A DNA stretch of 64,000 bases from Lytechinus pictus (lineage: Eukaryota), in assembly GCF_037042905.1 (NCBI RefSeq), contig NC_087245.1:27590001-27654000 (forward strand). Reading direction: 5' to 3'. Positions 25,339-39,390 of this stretch are shown here, piece after piece; positions within the stretch are counted from its first letter, which is position 1; every line of letters begins with the position of its first letter. A program made the position numbers and the translations under genes. The notes below the pieces were generated by a model. It was not told the origin of the DNA, did not search any database, and saw only the letters and a program-made list of their open reading frames with translations.

Positions 25339-27079
25339 GACTCCAAGCATTAGAGGACCTCCTTGATATGCCAATGACCTCCCTTACGTCAGCCACACAG
25401 TCTTTGTTATACACATTTTAGTGACTTAGTGCTAGATCCTGAGCTGATCCGGAATAGAAAACTGCCTGATTGCAACAATTCTACCTTTGTTTTATTGAAT
25501 TCGGAGTATAATATGAAAAACAAAATGGGTTTGCGACATTAGATATATTGTTCATTTGATGAAGTACTATTAATACTAGTAAGTTCAATGAGGGGTTAAA
25601 GCTATTAGTTATCTCTTTATATCTTCATGAACGTTCACCTGTTTTGCTCCAGGTGTTATCTTACCGTCTTTCCAAACGCGTCACTATTTCCGGGAACGAG
25701 ACCAAAAAAAATGTTTGATTCCATGCAGTAATCCCTGGCAGAATCCACCGTTTGCTTGTTAATTTTGATATTCATTGTTTTTCGCAGAGTTCAATAATTA
25801 ATAAAGATTTGCCTCAAGGTTAAGAAAATACCGCTGCTTCAGGTATTATTGGCTAAATTTGCTCCTATTAATAAGAATTCTTCAATAATATTGATTTTAG
25901 TTTCTCAATGACGATGAAGCCATTGTGCGTAATCCTGCATTTGTATCAAATGTGCCGAATAATCCTTTGAAAATAATCTTGAAAGAGAAATGCTAAATAT
26001 CTGTTTGTCTTTTTTTAAATATTTATTTCAAATGAAGGCATGCGTGCCCATTGTTAAAAACAGAAGATTTTACTAAAAAAACGAAAGCTTTTTATAGGAA
26101 ATATAGCAGAATCATTCTCTAAATTGTAATAGCTTGGAATTTTTCCGCAGTTTAAGAGAACCCGTCTATTTTTTTAAAAAGAGAAGATGTTTTGTTACAG
26201 GAAATTTTTAAGGTTTCATACACCAAAAGCATATTAACCAATTTTCGGTAATTTTACTCAATGCATGTAAGATTACACAGTGCAGTAAGATTTTAGGTGT
26301 TCTCGAGACTCCGCCTCAACTTTTTTTTAAAGGATAAAGTTTTTAACAGCTCCTCCAAATATAACGTGGATTCGATGTTTTAACGTTCAAGGTTGAAATG
26401 TATGACACGGGGTATGACATAAAGACAAAAATATAAAGGTCTCGTTTACCATTCCATTGCATGGGGAGCGCGGATTTCCTTTGCATTGTATACTTTGTGA
26501 ATTTGTCAGCACTATTTCATTAGGGTGTTTACATCAGTCGATCTAAACAACCCATGCCTCTCCAAGCGCGCCATAAACTGATGAATTCACTTCTACCAAA
26601 GGCAAGATTCTTCCCAATCCATCCCATGTTATTATATACCATACCCTGCGAAATAGCATGGGGCTTTAAATTTAAAATCCATAACGCGAATTCTTCTGAT
26701 ATGGAAGAAATCAACCTTACTGGGTAACGAGTAAAAGGAAAGAAGATCCTGTGTCATGGGCAAGGTTGTGATGCACTATTAGAAAATTACTTTTTGACAA
26801 GAAAAAAAATCGAACAGGCAAGTTCCTGCAGCAGAGTCTCGAGAACACCTATATTCTTACTGCAAAATAAATAATATTGCGTGAAAGTACATAAAAATGG
26901 TATATGGGGTAATAGACCTTACGAAATTCCTGTATTATTTTTTCCCCTTCTAATTAAAGAAAAAGAATTACTGCTATATTACAGAAAATTTCCTGTTATA
27001 CCAATTTACAGAATTGTATATTTTTCTGTCGAATCTTTTACTTTAAATAGTGTGTCTAAAGCTCATTCTCGTTAATGAA

Positions 27080-27118
<39 letters not shown>

Positions 27119-28385
27119 CTATCAATAACTGGGATATACTCATTTGATTTGCTAGTTCATTACTGTACATCTTGAATCTTGATTCTTCTTTTTTTTATTA
27201 GCACTCCATGGAAACTTGCTCAAGTGAGAGTTTTGCTACTACGGCATTTATTGAGAAAACGTGTTCACAAGAATTGAAAGGTGTTTTTACCTAGTTTAAA
27301 TAACACAAGACCTTCATAGTTCTCCCTCCTAATCTTTATCGTCTTGAATTTCTCAAAAATTTCTACGACTATTATTCGTTCATCAAATGAACAATGTAAA
27401 CTCAAAGATTTGATGTTTTGTTTGTATACGACATGACACATTTAATTTCACAGAGCAGAGTTTGCTGGGTTTTTAAAATCTTTATCTCCTATTTATGCCT
27501 CGCACATACGCCTTTCCATATGGCACATAAAGCCACAAATCGCTTCCAAAAAATAACCACGCCACTCCCGTTCAAATTCTACATTACCTCGTTTTGAGAA
27601 AGAAGTCTGATTCTATTAATTCTGTTTATATGTTGGATGCAATTTGGCAGACGTTTAGATTTCATACTATGGGGATCCTCCTGTTAGTGTCAAGACGACA
27701 ATATTATCTTCTTCTGTTGTGAAGTTTTCTGTCAGTCTAGATTAGATTCTAATGAGCTTTTGATTATTGTATTTCCGAACAAGTTCATGTTTCTGACTTT
27801 GAAAGAAACTCATTGGTTTGGAAGGGAGGGGGTGATGAAAAAAAACAAATTAAAAATAATAAAAAGACAATATAACAACAAAGTCTGGCTATGTGTATAT
27901 GGGGACGTAAAACAAACGAGAGGGGTTGAAGAATCCTATAACAATGGTGATACGTGATTAATTTCTTCATTTCTATTGCCAGTACGCGGTACACAAATCA
28001 TATTGAAAAATTGCAAAATTACACATAAATTTTATTCTATTTGTTTTAGTTTTTATTCATACTTGTTATAAATGAACAATATTCAGTGAAGAATACTTCA
28101 TGAAAAAATAAAGTTTATATGTTTCGCTCCGACTGGTAAATCAAATTCTATGATGGTCTTGGTACAATGGGCAGCAGTGTTATAGGTTGGGGTAATACAT
28201 GAGCTAGAGCTAGAAAAATAGAGAATGTGATTTAAGTTAAGTTCCATGTGTGTAGTTGCATTGATAGCAGTAGAAATAAGATAATAGGTAAATTATTAGT
28301 GTTGAATGATAAACATTGAAGCAGAAAAAGTAGTAGTAGTAGTATTTTAGTATGGTAGTTGTTGTAGTAGTACTAGTAGTAGTAG

Positions 28386-28660
28386 NNNNNNNNNNNNNNN
28401 NNNNNNNNNNNNNNNNNNNNNNNNNNNNNNNNNNNNNNNNNNNNNNNNNNNNNNNNNNNNNNNNNNNNNNNNNNNNNNNNNNNNNNNNNNNNNNNNNNNN
28501 NNNNNNNNNNNNNNNNNNNNNNNNNNNNNNNNNNNNNNNNNNNNNNNNNNNNNNNNNNNNNNNNNNNNNNNNNNNNNNNNNNNNNNNNNNNNNNNNNNNN
28601 NNNNNNNNNNNNNNNNNNNNNNNNNNNNNNNNNNNNNNNNNNNNNNNNNNNNNNNNNNNN
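28386..28660. other. Assembly gap inside an (AGT)n microsatellite
   Basis: N run flanked by AGT repeats. Confidence 0.97.
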
Positions 28661-31429
28661 AGTAGTTTAAGAAGTAGTAGTAGCAGCAGCAGCAGAAGTA
28701 GTACATGTAGTATTGGAATTAGTAGTGGTGTTGAAAAAGAAAGTTCAGGGATAAAATAACAACGGAAACAACAACGGAGAAGAAGAAGTAAAGAAAGAGG
28801 AGTGAAAAATTAGAAGGAGAAAACAGAGAGGAAGAAGAAGATAAACGAAATTGGAAAACGTAGAAGGGAGAAGGAGACGGGAAATAAATTGTGATTTATA
28901 AGTTTATTCACATCTTCATAAGATAACGTACTTATATTAGTAGCGCAAGTCGAATATGCGTGCGACAAATAAAGGTTAAATGGGTTCATTAAGTTGGTGA
29001 AAAGATATAAATTGGAACATATTGATCAAGTCGTAGGAGTTGTTGATTGCCGAAGTCGTCGGGGACACAATTCTCTATACTATAGTAATATTCATATCTA
29101 CTTAAGATAACTAAGAGATCTAGAACCAAATTCAAATCATGATGAAGTAGAAATGAGGACATTTTTTTAAAGAAGCCGATTAGGAAAGAGAAGGATGTAG
29201 AAGATGACTACGAATGAACAACAAACTATACTTTACAATGTAAAGTAATTCAGTGTTGTGTTCTCGTTTTTTTTTTCTTGTTGAATGAAACATGACCTAT
29301 TTGTTCATACTCACAATTCCAATTAACCCTTTGAGCGAGCGCAAATTTGATCAAAAAACTTCAATGATTATTCACAGAATATCAATTTTAATGAAAATTG
29401 TCGTCTATTGTAGCTACCCTTGTTCTGATTTATTTTGTTTATTTTAATTGAATGAAAGCGCTACTCCAAATTACATTCCACAAATGAAGAATATTGCCAT
29501 GATTTGGTCAAAAGTCAATCACGTGATAAAGATTATTTTCTCTCGCAATCACCATTTGCGGTGATGAACTTTTTTGTCTCGGTGAACACTTTAGCCCGCA
29601 GAGTCACGATGTTTTAGGATAGGTTTTAAGTATGTGGGAAATAAAAAGAATTGCCACTTATTTTTTTTATATTTTTTTGTGAGGGTCGGGGTAGGGGTCC
29701 ATATTTCTGCATCACATGCAATGGAACTGAAAATTATTTGAGACGTCACAATTATAACTTCCTAGAGCAAGGCAGAGTAATCAATAAAACTCTGGACTAC
29801 GATTATATACATATTTGAATACGCGCAGTTTCCACTCGAGTGCGGTTTTTTTAGGGGGAGGCGTGATTTGAAAACACCTTTCTTGTATAGATTTATGAAT
29901 ATTGTTCTATTTGTTTATGGTTGAGTAGTTTCCATGTCGAATATAATGCAAATAATCACTTCATGATTTCAGGTGACGGGACAAACTCTTACGTCATCAG
30001 CGAGTTAGATGTACTCGCTATCTTTCCTCCGCTTTGCTTCGGACAGGTAGCTATATCCAGCTCTCCTCGGATGTTGCGATTATTATTATCAATCTATATT
30101 AATTACCTAATAGAATGTGTTAGCACTCGTACCACAATCGTATTCATATACACTGGTCATCCAAATTCTCAAGTAGGCTCATTGTCGGAAAGAGAAGTTA
30201 CTTTGTGCTTTTTATTGATATTTGATAACTTGTTAGGAACGCAGTATTCTTGAAAACTGCAGTTTGTATTAGCGTTATATCCAACCACAAATCAAGTGTG
30301 ATTCGGTCTCTTTTGGGTTTTTTTATCAACTGAATTCGATATTTTCCCCTTATTTTTACAAAGCTCCGTTTTTGTTCATGCTCGTTTTAATAACAGAGAA
30401 ACAGAGATGGAGAGAGTTTTTGCAGGTGCGTAGGAGTGGTTGTGTAAATTTGCGAGACTTTGCGCGAGTACGTGTGTGCGGATGAAGGTGAGTGGTTGTG
30501 TGTATGCGTGTCTAAAAGATAGATAAGATATGTGTATGAACTCATACGAGAAATAGAAAGAAAATATTGTTTTTTTTAATGTGTGGAAATAGTGCGTGGT
30601 TTTTAATTCATACATGCGTATTTGTGTGCCCTCGTAGCCGTGGGTGTGTTTGTGTGAAAGAACAAAAACAATATTGTGTAATTTCGTAATGAATTTTGGC
30701 TTTTCCTCTGCTAGTATAAAAAGGAAGAGAAATTAATTGTTTTTTAACCTTGAGCATGTTTAGGTGAAGAATAATTGATTGGGGTCAAACGGACAGCAAT
30801 GGATGGAATACGAGTTCTTCTTGCTGCAATAACCCAGGGACAACTTGAAGTTTGTTGAGGTTCCCCTAGAAAGTCAATCATAAAGACTCTTAAGTATTTG
30901 AAAGCTGATTGATAATACCTCGATAATTGAGGTATAGCCCCCACCAGGCTATCTCCTCTAGTCCTGAAAACGCCAAATCTCAACCAGTCGAACAAATTAT
31001 TCCATTAAATCATTAAAGCTGATATAGTGGTTATTCTCCCAGGGTTAGGGTAGATCTTAAGTTACGAGGGTGAGACGCTGAATGACTATTAAGTATACGC
31101 TCATGTCAAACTGATATAATCTCTTCTTGGTTTGGGAGTTAGATTTATGGCATTTGTAGACGCCAATAAGAAAATGGAATTATTTAGAGGGTGCTGTTCG
31201 CACCTGATAGAGACTATATAATATATACATATATGTATATATAAATCCACAACAGATTTTTGGGGCTTCATCTATCTTAAGAATGTTTAATTACCAAGAT
31301 AATTTTAATAATGAACTTAATCACCATACAATTTCATTTTACCATACTATGAATTTACAATGGTTTTCATTATCCCAATGTTTTTTTTAATTTAATACGA
31401 TGACGACAGTAGAGATTATGGGTTAATGG

Positions 31430-31720
31430 GGCAATGATAATTATAAATTTTATCAATAGTATAGTAGCAGCAGCAGTAGTATACTGTTATATATATTATT
31501 ATTAGTAGCAGCAGAAGCAGCAGCAGTTTCATTATTTTCATCATCATTGTCCTACCTTTACTACTACTACTACTACTACTACTTTTACAAATACTAATGA
31601 TAATTATAATAATAGCAATAATAATAATGTTAAGATTAATAACAACAATTATTATCATTATTATTATTATAAATATTATTATTATCATCATCATCTTCAT
31701 CATCGTCGTCATTATCATTT
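31430..31720. repeat. Compound trinucleotide microsatellite (AGC/ACT/ATA/ATC)
   Basis: Direct inspection of the sequence. Confidence 0.85.
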
Positions 31721-33330
31721 TCGTTCCGAAAGAACCTCAATTTTTTGCTAAAATGTAAAAAAGTATATCTTATCGCATTAAAGGTTTAAAATATTTTGTT
31801 TATAGTTTGATAATTTTATGAAATATAATATGAACCCTCTCGAATGAATCTGAGTTGATTTGACACAATTTGACGCTATAGTTGTTCGACACTGACTTTA
31901 CAGTCACTGTGATTGTCTTAGTGCCAAATATTAAAACGCTTCTTCCCAGCGTCAAAAACATCACCACGTCATCGTTTGCTAATGACTATTTTAAAGAAAA
32001 CGGGAGGGGTCAACAATAAACCATTTGGATACGGCCATCTTCGGTTCTACCCGGAAAACAACTTTACATTGGAGGATAATGTTTTTATAATGCAGTAGTA
32101 GTTCTTTTGATTTCACAGAACCTAACAGAATCGAACATTGGAATATAATGACCCTTAATAGTATTAGTTATTGTTGTTGATATTGTTAGATTAAATGAAA
32201 AAAATGATTTCAGTTCAAAGCCAATAGAAGTTTATAACAGGAATAATTCACAAAAATTAATCAAGTAAACAACGACTGCGAATGAAACTTCAGCTATGTA
32301 ATAATCGACTAAAAAGTGATCTCGTGTGGGTTATAAACACGAAACGGTCAAATGGGGTCTTTAAAAAATTAATGGTAAATATGTATTCTCTTTTCGGTAT
32401 TATAGGAAAAACAATGAAGCAACATTAACCTTTTGTTTAGGGTGTTAAGAATGAAGTATTTTCATTCTTTAGTTCAAATGGTTTATCCCTCCCACTAAAA
32501 TAAAAATTGGTTGATGACGTCGATTATGTCCGAGGACTCTTGTTATTCCCTTTTAACCCATCTCTGATGTCACGGTGCAGTAAACATTAGACAGTGAATG
32601 ATCTTAGATTACACCCCCTTCCGGATGAAGGTTGTAAAAGTGACTCTTCTCAGAGACCCAGTGACGTCATCACGTGGATTTTCCTTTGAGGGTGACCTGG
32701 AAACTTTTTTAAATTGTAACCTCATTTTTCCCCTCAAATTATCTTTTCAATCTTGACACTTCTTTAGACGAGGTTAATATGAGCAAGTCCTTTGACCAGT
32801 GGCCTAGCTAAGAGGGAAGTATTTATTAATTTCTCCTCGCAGGCGAATGCCCACACGCACATACACACACCCTCAATGAAGAAATGCGCGTGCATCCTCA
32901 ATACCAAATCACACGCACCCTTGCACACACGCATACACACCCTCACTCACCGTTTCACCCTTGCACACACACCCTCGCTCACAATGGGTCATCCTTGTAT
33001 TGACCTTCCCTCTGGTAAAACCCACACTCCCTACAGAAGCATCAATCAACCGACTTTATATCATAATGACATTTTGATAACAACAACAATTATGATAATA
33101 ACGATATTAATTAATTAAATAATAATAGTAAGAACAATGACAGTAATAATAATGGTAATAAATACAAATAACTTTTTAGTCATTGGATCATACTGTAACA
33201 ATTGAGATCAAACTGCCATGTAGCCGTCAATTTTACTTCATATTTACCTACTGGATATACTGTATGTACATGTATTATGTTCGTAATCACTTTGTACCTC
33301 CCAGCTTCGTAGGAAGCCCTCGTTCGTATC

Positions 33331-33540
33331 TTACCCAGGGCTATGACTTGGAATTCAATATGTAGGACTTCAATACGTATTAAGATTTTTTTTTAGTGGT
33401 TCTTGCGTGCAATCAGAATAGATCACATAATCATAGAAGGTGAAATGCCAACGTTCGTTTGTTACCCAGGGCTATGACGTGGAATTTATTCTGTAGGACT
33501 TCAATAAGTATTAAGATTTTGAATGGTTCTTGCGTGCGAT
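33331..33540. repeat. Local direct duplication of about 80 bp
   Basis: TTACCCAGGGCTATGAC.TGGAATT...GTAGGACTTCAATA.GTATTAAGATTTT...TGGTTCTTGCGTGC at 33331 and 33462. Confidence 0.85.
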
Positions 33541-33575
33541 ATAGTACATAATTATTACGACGAATCGCCTACATA

Positions 33576-33829
33576 CACACTTAAAATATTTGGCAACATA
33601 ATAATAATAATAATGATAATAATACACAGTGGACATACAGTCCGTTGTGTTGGGTAATGTACGTTTGTAAAAAATATATTATCCAAATGAGCATATTTAT
33701 TACCCAATTAGTAGTTTTTATCATCCAATTTGAACAGATTTTAACCAATAGTTAGGTGGACAGTATGTTGCCTGTTGCCCAGTGATGGTTAAAAAGTGTG
33801 CATTTTTGCCCAACATTTTCAAAAGTGTG
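33576..33829. mobile_element. Degraded CAC-ended MITE (EnSpm-like)
   Basis: CACACTTAAAATATTTGGCAA ... TTGCCCAACATTTTCAAAAGTGTG. Shares motifs with 40107-40306. Confidence 0.6.
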
Positions 33830-34418
33830 CTTGACACTTGAACTTTAATGCCCGGGGTTGATTACAAATACCAATGTCCGAAGCTAAGCTCTTAACATTA
33901 AGATGGGCGCCACGCAAATTCACGAGGGACAAAAATTAAGAGGAAATATAAAGTGCCGCCACAGGAACGAAAAAATACGCACTTGGGATATACTGGGAAG
34001 ATGGCACTCAAAAACAAGTCAAGGATGATGATTTGTTGTTGTTTTTAGGAATAATGACGTCATTTGTTTGTAAGTTACACAGAATAGTGAAAATGACATC
34101 ATCAGACAGAAATCTGATTCAAATTGATTAGCAACCAAATGTTTATATCTAAAATGACTGGATTATGCAGATGAGTTTGATGTTATCTTGCAGAGAAATG
34201 ACCACAAAATTGAACAAAATTGTCATTTGAAGATGTGTGGATTAATATTGACCGTTTGTCATGGTGGGACAGATTATCTCTGGGGTGTACTTTATATCTG
34301 ACGTTTTTCTTGTGTGATATTGTCTCTTTCTCCTGCATTTACATGTAGTACAAGAAGGTATAACCAGTCTTGTATAAAGTCGTTCCCAACTTACGAACAT
34401 CTAAATGAAACACCCATC

Positions 34419-34670
34419 CAAGGGCGGAAATCTCTCCCCAAAGCTAGGGGGACCAGGGGTTGGAAATTTTGACAAGAAAAAAAAATAGTTTTCACCCCAA
34501 AAACTAAGGTCATCTCGTCTAAAATACATGTTTATTTCGATTTTGATTGATGTATTTCTTTCCATCATAAAAGGCCAAAAATAGCAGGGGGACATTTGAT
34601 ATTATGCCCCCCCCTACTATTTTGGGTAGGGGAACACGTCCCCCCTGTCCCCCTGGGATTTCCGCCCATG
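34419..34670. mobile_element. hAT-like MITE with 8-bp TSD
   Basis: CACCCATC|CAAGGGCGGAAATC ... GATTTCCGCCCATG|CACCTATC. The TSD copies match at 7 of 8 positions. Confidence 0.85.
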
Positions 34671-35076
34671 CACCTATCTGTTATTAATTCAATCAACATG
34701 TATTTTTTTTGTACAGGATTAGTTTGTGGAATCTTCAACTAAGATGGAAGGTTTTTTTAAATCATTTTTAAAAGTGATTTTGAAGCTAACTGAAGTATAT
34801 TTTAACTCACTTTAGAGTGGCTTCATGAGTACAAGTATTTATTCCCTCCAAAATCACTCTAAATCAACCCCTATATCAATATTTTACCGTTTAATATAAA
34901 TGATTTGCGCGTGTTGATCGACTACTGGATTCAATTTTGTATGATAATAACATAATGAACATTTCTTTGGAAGTTGAAAATAGTTAAAAAAGGGACGTGT
35001 CTTTTCCACAATACTGTGCACTTTTCAAATAAAATGATCAACTGATCCGTCGAACAGCGGGTAAGATGGATGTTCC

Positions 35077-35275
35077 GGTTCCATGATATTTCCTCGTACT
35101 CCCCCTCCGACAATTTCTCTGAAGATATATGATTACATGTCTAGGATTCTGATGTTGATAGTGTTTTGGATTCAGAATTATGTGAATATTGTGATTGGGG
35201 TTGGTTTTGAGGTTAGGGTTATGTTTCGCTTTATGTAAATAGCAGTATTGTCGCAGGAGCAAATATTATGAAACC
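35077..35275. mobile_element. Small MITE
   Basis: GGTTCCATGATATTT ... AAATATTATGAAACC, with degenerate internal GGTTAGGG-like units. Confidence 0.6.
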
Positions 35276-37287
35276 AGAAAGTTTATGAAGATCGCTAATG
35301 TTATAGTGATAAATGAAATTAGACACTAAAAGAGATGAGAGATGAAAGATAATGATATACTGTCGGTATGTTGTTGGTTACTCTTTCGTATTGTTCGGTT
35401 TCCTTCTTAATTTTCACTAACTTTTAACCTTATTATGTTGCTATCGGTGAGGAAATTATGTTCTTTTGATGCGTCTAAAAGAATCCTTTCGCAAAGACAC
35501 TTCCAAAAATGAAAATAAAATTCAGATTAAAACCATCAATTAGATGATTAATATTTTCTATGGTCATCTGCCCTTCAGAGTATTTAGGACAGGAAAACAC
35601 TTCCTCCGAACTTGTAATTTTTATTTAGAACATCTTCAGGAAGTGAAATGAAAATACTAAACAATACACAAAGGGCATAAGATCAAAATGAAGATCCACG
35701 TCAATTACATGTTCTTAGATTTAATTGATTGGTGAAACGCACGAAAAGGATGTATGACAAACCTGTTGAAATGGTAGTTAATGAGAGCCGAGACAACTTA
35801 TTTCCATAGGTACCTTTACCTTAAGCCCCTTCATTTAAATTCATGGTGGTGCCACGGCTTACAACCGTTGCGATTGTGTGCAACATATATTGTGACCAAA
35901 TGATCGCAAACGATCGCACGAGCGATTGTGAAAGCCCCTTTAAGCAACGGAAGACAAGCAAAATTCTTAGTATGAGAAAGACTTAAGAACAGCTACCACT
36001 GAGTCATGAAGTACCAGTACATCAAATTAGGAAGATAGATTATGAAAAAAAATATGTGTTTGCACATTTCATGCTTCAGTGAATCGCGAACTTCAAACTC
36101 TTCTTTCTCCTTTCAATGAATTTCTTAAACATTCACTAAATTACTTGTCTGAGTTATCTTTGATCCATTTCGACAGAATATTATTATATATATTTATAGC
36201 TTAAAATTTATTTTTCAATCACAATGAATATATGAAATGTCATTTTGGGTGATTTATTGTCGGTTTTTTTTGGGGGGCGGGCATATTCACAAATATCCTT
36301 TTCCAGAAAATGATAATGAAATTGAAATTAAACATACAGAAATTAGAAACCCAAAATGATTCAGTAATTGAGTGATATTCAGTGCTTCTTTATATTTCTA
36401 GTTTATCTGTTGCAATTGTGAAGTTTAAAAGAAAATAATCACTCAGTGAGCTTACATCATTTAAAAGCAACATGTAAGTTGGTAGGGAGTGCTACACAGT
36501 CACACGGCACACGAACGAAGTCGACTTTATCATTATCAAAGCTATTAGGTTATTTCGAATACCATTCATTGGTCAGTTTGTTAGGTTTCTTTGGTGTGAC
36601 TTCCTCCGATCATGAATGTATCACGCGCCAATGAAAAGAATTGTGAATTGACAAGGGAATAAACGACTATTGTAGAAAGGTAGATGTTTTAAGTTTGCAC
36701 GTGGGTGGAAATTGCGCGCGCATTTTCTTTCGACCAATCGGTGCTGTAGTCTATATGACTAGGAATTGAATGAATAATTACTGCATTTGTGAGACGATCA
36801 GCTGTTAAAAAAACAGGCACATATAACTCATGTCTACGTCACAATCTACGTATTGATGGTTATTGTTTTCCCGCCATAGCTTGGGCTCATTCAATAAGCC
36901 TCACGTTCAGATCTTAAACCATTTTGAAATTGCCTTCCGGGAGCTCTTTCACTTGAAACAGGCAGAGCTTACGATAAAACGCTCCCCTTGAAAGCTGGAG
37001 GAGGTGAGGACACCTTGCGGTCTATAAATCTGGCCGTCAAACCCCCTTACCCGACCAAACACGTTCCGATAGCGTAAGTGGCAATATATAGCGGACAAGC
37101 AGTCTGTAAATTTGATCATCATCGTTTTCAATCACAGTATCGTTGACATTCCCATCACGTAGTGCGTGAATGGGAAGGTAGTACTTCTCAAACTTATTTA
37201 CCGAACTGGGGATACATTTTTCTGAGCAGAGACGACGGGCAGTCTGATTTAAGGGGTTTTAAAGAAAAAGGTGAAAGAAGAACTCAC

Positions 37288-37404
37288 CTCTTCTGGTGTG
37301 GCACTAACAGATTCAGATTGTTAATTCTTTGGACTGAGGCCATTCTGCACGTGGTATAAGGAAGTTTACGGACACTGTTACCGGTACAACCTGGTATCTG
37401 CTAT
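37288..37404 (-). other. Candidate exon of an unidentified minus-strand transcript, containing an ATG at 37343
   Basis: Minus-strand pyrimidine tract ...tttttaccttatttagtag| and donor GAG|GTGAGT. GCAGAATGG start context gives MASVQRINNLNLLVPHQK plus a phase-2 junction. No homology recognised. Confidence 0.35.
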
Positions 37405-38108
37405 CTACTAAATAAGGTAAAAATTCATTTAAAAGAGAAAATGTTGTTGTTGTTGTTGTTGTTTTCAATTGCACATTGTTACCTTATTCATGATGGCCAA
37501 CTGAAACTTTGAAAACTTACATTTTTTGTAATACTGAAAGTTTTCACAAAATTCACCAAAGGTGTGCACGAAATCCTTAAATTTCATAAAAGAAAATGCA
37601 AAAGCGCCTCCATGCAAGCTCGGCCACTTCGTTTCCTCGAGTTTCTTCATTTTTTGTTTAAGCGTTTAAATTTCTTCGTACGGCCAAGGTATTAATAATA
37701 TCATTGTGCCGCAATAGTCAATATTGTTTGTCTACCGTCAAAATGAATGCGTATGCATGAAAGTCAAGTATAGGCGTAACTGTGTCATCGTTAATATAAA
37801 TCGTTCAAAGTAGTATTCGACAACTTAAGTCATGATGGAGAATATCAGTTTCTACTTCTATTTTCATGAATAATTTCAAGATGAAATGTAATTCCAGCAG
37901 GGATCGTATAGGCTTATATCTAATACGTCTGAAGGATGAAGCATGCAACCTGTTGACATAAATGAAAATGGCAAAGACAAATAGAAAAACAGGGAGTGAG
38001 AAAACACAAGGAAGAAGTGATATGAATATTTCTATAAAATAAAAAAAGGATAATTTGCACCATACCAGAAAAGGATTTACTTTTGTGTTGCACAGATAGA
38101 CATATCTT

Positions 38109-38639
38109 CAGATATTATAAATTTGCCTTCCGTGACCAGTGAATCTTTATTGTTTCTTTATAGCAATCAGCTAAGAATCCACTTTTTATATTTCCCAATT
38201 CTTCTAGACATTGATATCTAAAATGGATCTTTTTTGTGTCAAAATTTTCTGGTAGTATCGTCAACTCCTCAAACACTCTTAAAACACTGAGTAAAAGTGT
38301 ACCGAATATTGGGTAGAACGAGAACATGCAAGTATACTGGGTATTTTTGTTACCCCATATTGGGCTATTTCAACGCAACATTGCGTAAGAATTAAAAAGA
38401 ATATTGGGTCATTTTACCCAACCAACATGCATGTACCCATTTTACCCGATATCGGGTAAACCTTAGACTGCAGATATTATAAATTTGCATTCCGTGAACA
38501 GTGAATTGGAATTGTTTCTACATGTATATAACAATGAGGTAAGAATTCAGTTTGTATATCTTCCAATCCTTCTAGACATTGATATTTAAAATGGATTTTG
38601 TTTTGTCAGAATTTTCTGATAGTATCGTAAACTATTCAA
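38109..38639. repeat. Diverged direct repeat of about 165 bp flanking a one-ended MITE fragment
   Basis: CAGATATTATAAATTTGC...CTTCTAGACATTGATAT.TAAAATGGAT...TAGTATCGT at 38109-38272 and 38471-38639. The spacer starts CACTCTTAAAA. Confidence 0.85.
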
Positions 38640-39150
38640 GGTATACTTGGCGTCGGATTACCACGAAATAATAAGGTCGCGTCGTAGAGCTTAAAGAAGG
38701 GGGAGGCTGGGCTATTGTTTGTCGGGGAATATTGATTCAGGATTATACCAAACTTACTAACCTTTATACTTTTAAAAGCTCTCAATTCCTTCGGCGGCGT
38801 AATTTATTCAACTTACTTTAAACAATAGACAATTATCTGCATGTAAACTGGTGAAATATTGTTAACGAACATTGTTCATCTTTAATTTAAATGTTAATTC
38901 GTATCATCCCCATCGTTACTAAGTGTATGAATAAAAACTTTTGTTGTTGACACATTCGCCATTATCACGATCAGCAATTTAATGGACAACACCATCATGA
39001 TCATGATGACTACAATTACTGCTATCGTCACCAACATTATCGTTATTATGACACCATAATCGTCACCATCATCATCGTCATCATCCTCGTTAACATCAAT
39101 ATCTTCATCGTCATCATCATCATCACCGTCATCATCATTATCGTCATCAT

Positions 39151-39390
39151 ACCGGTGTGTTGGCTCAGTTGGTAGAGCATCCATCTCACAACCGGGAGGT
39201 CGGGTGTTCAACTCTTGGCTGTGTCAGACAAAGAAAAATTATTAAAGACGGGAGTTGATGCTGCCTTGTCTGGTGTTCAGCGGTTTAAGGGAAATATACA
39301 TTTTGGTCTGGCGCTGCACAGTGGCTGCCGGGCCCACGATCAACTGGGCAAAATGAACTTTCGGAGTATTTATGTTTAACAATAATAATC
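39151..39390 (+). mobile_element. tRNA-derived SINE (second family)
   Basis: TGGCTCAGTTGGTAGAGCA A-box/D-arm, GGAGGTCGGGTGTTCAACTC B-box, AAT-rich tail. Confidence 0.75.

Noticed and set aside
29973-30046. Possible 74-nt + strand exon (ttcag|...CAG|gtagct)
   Set aside because: Weak donor, unrecognisable peptide and no partner exons.
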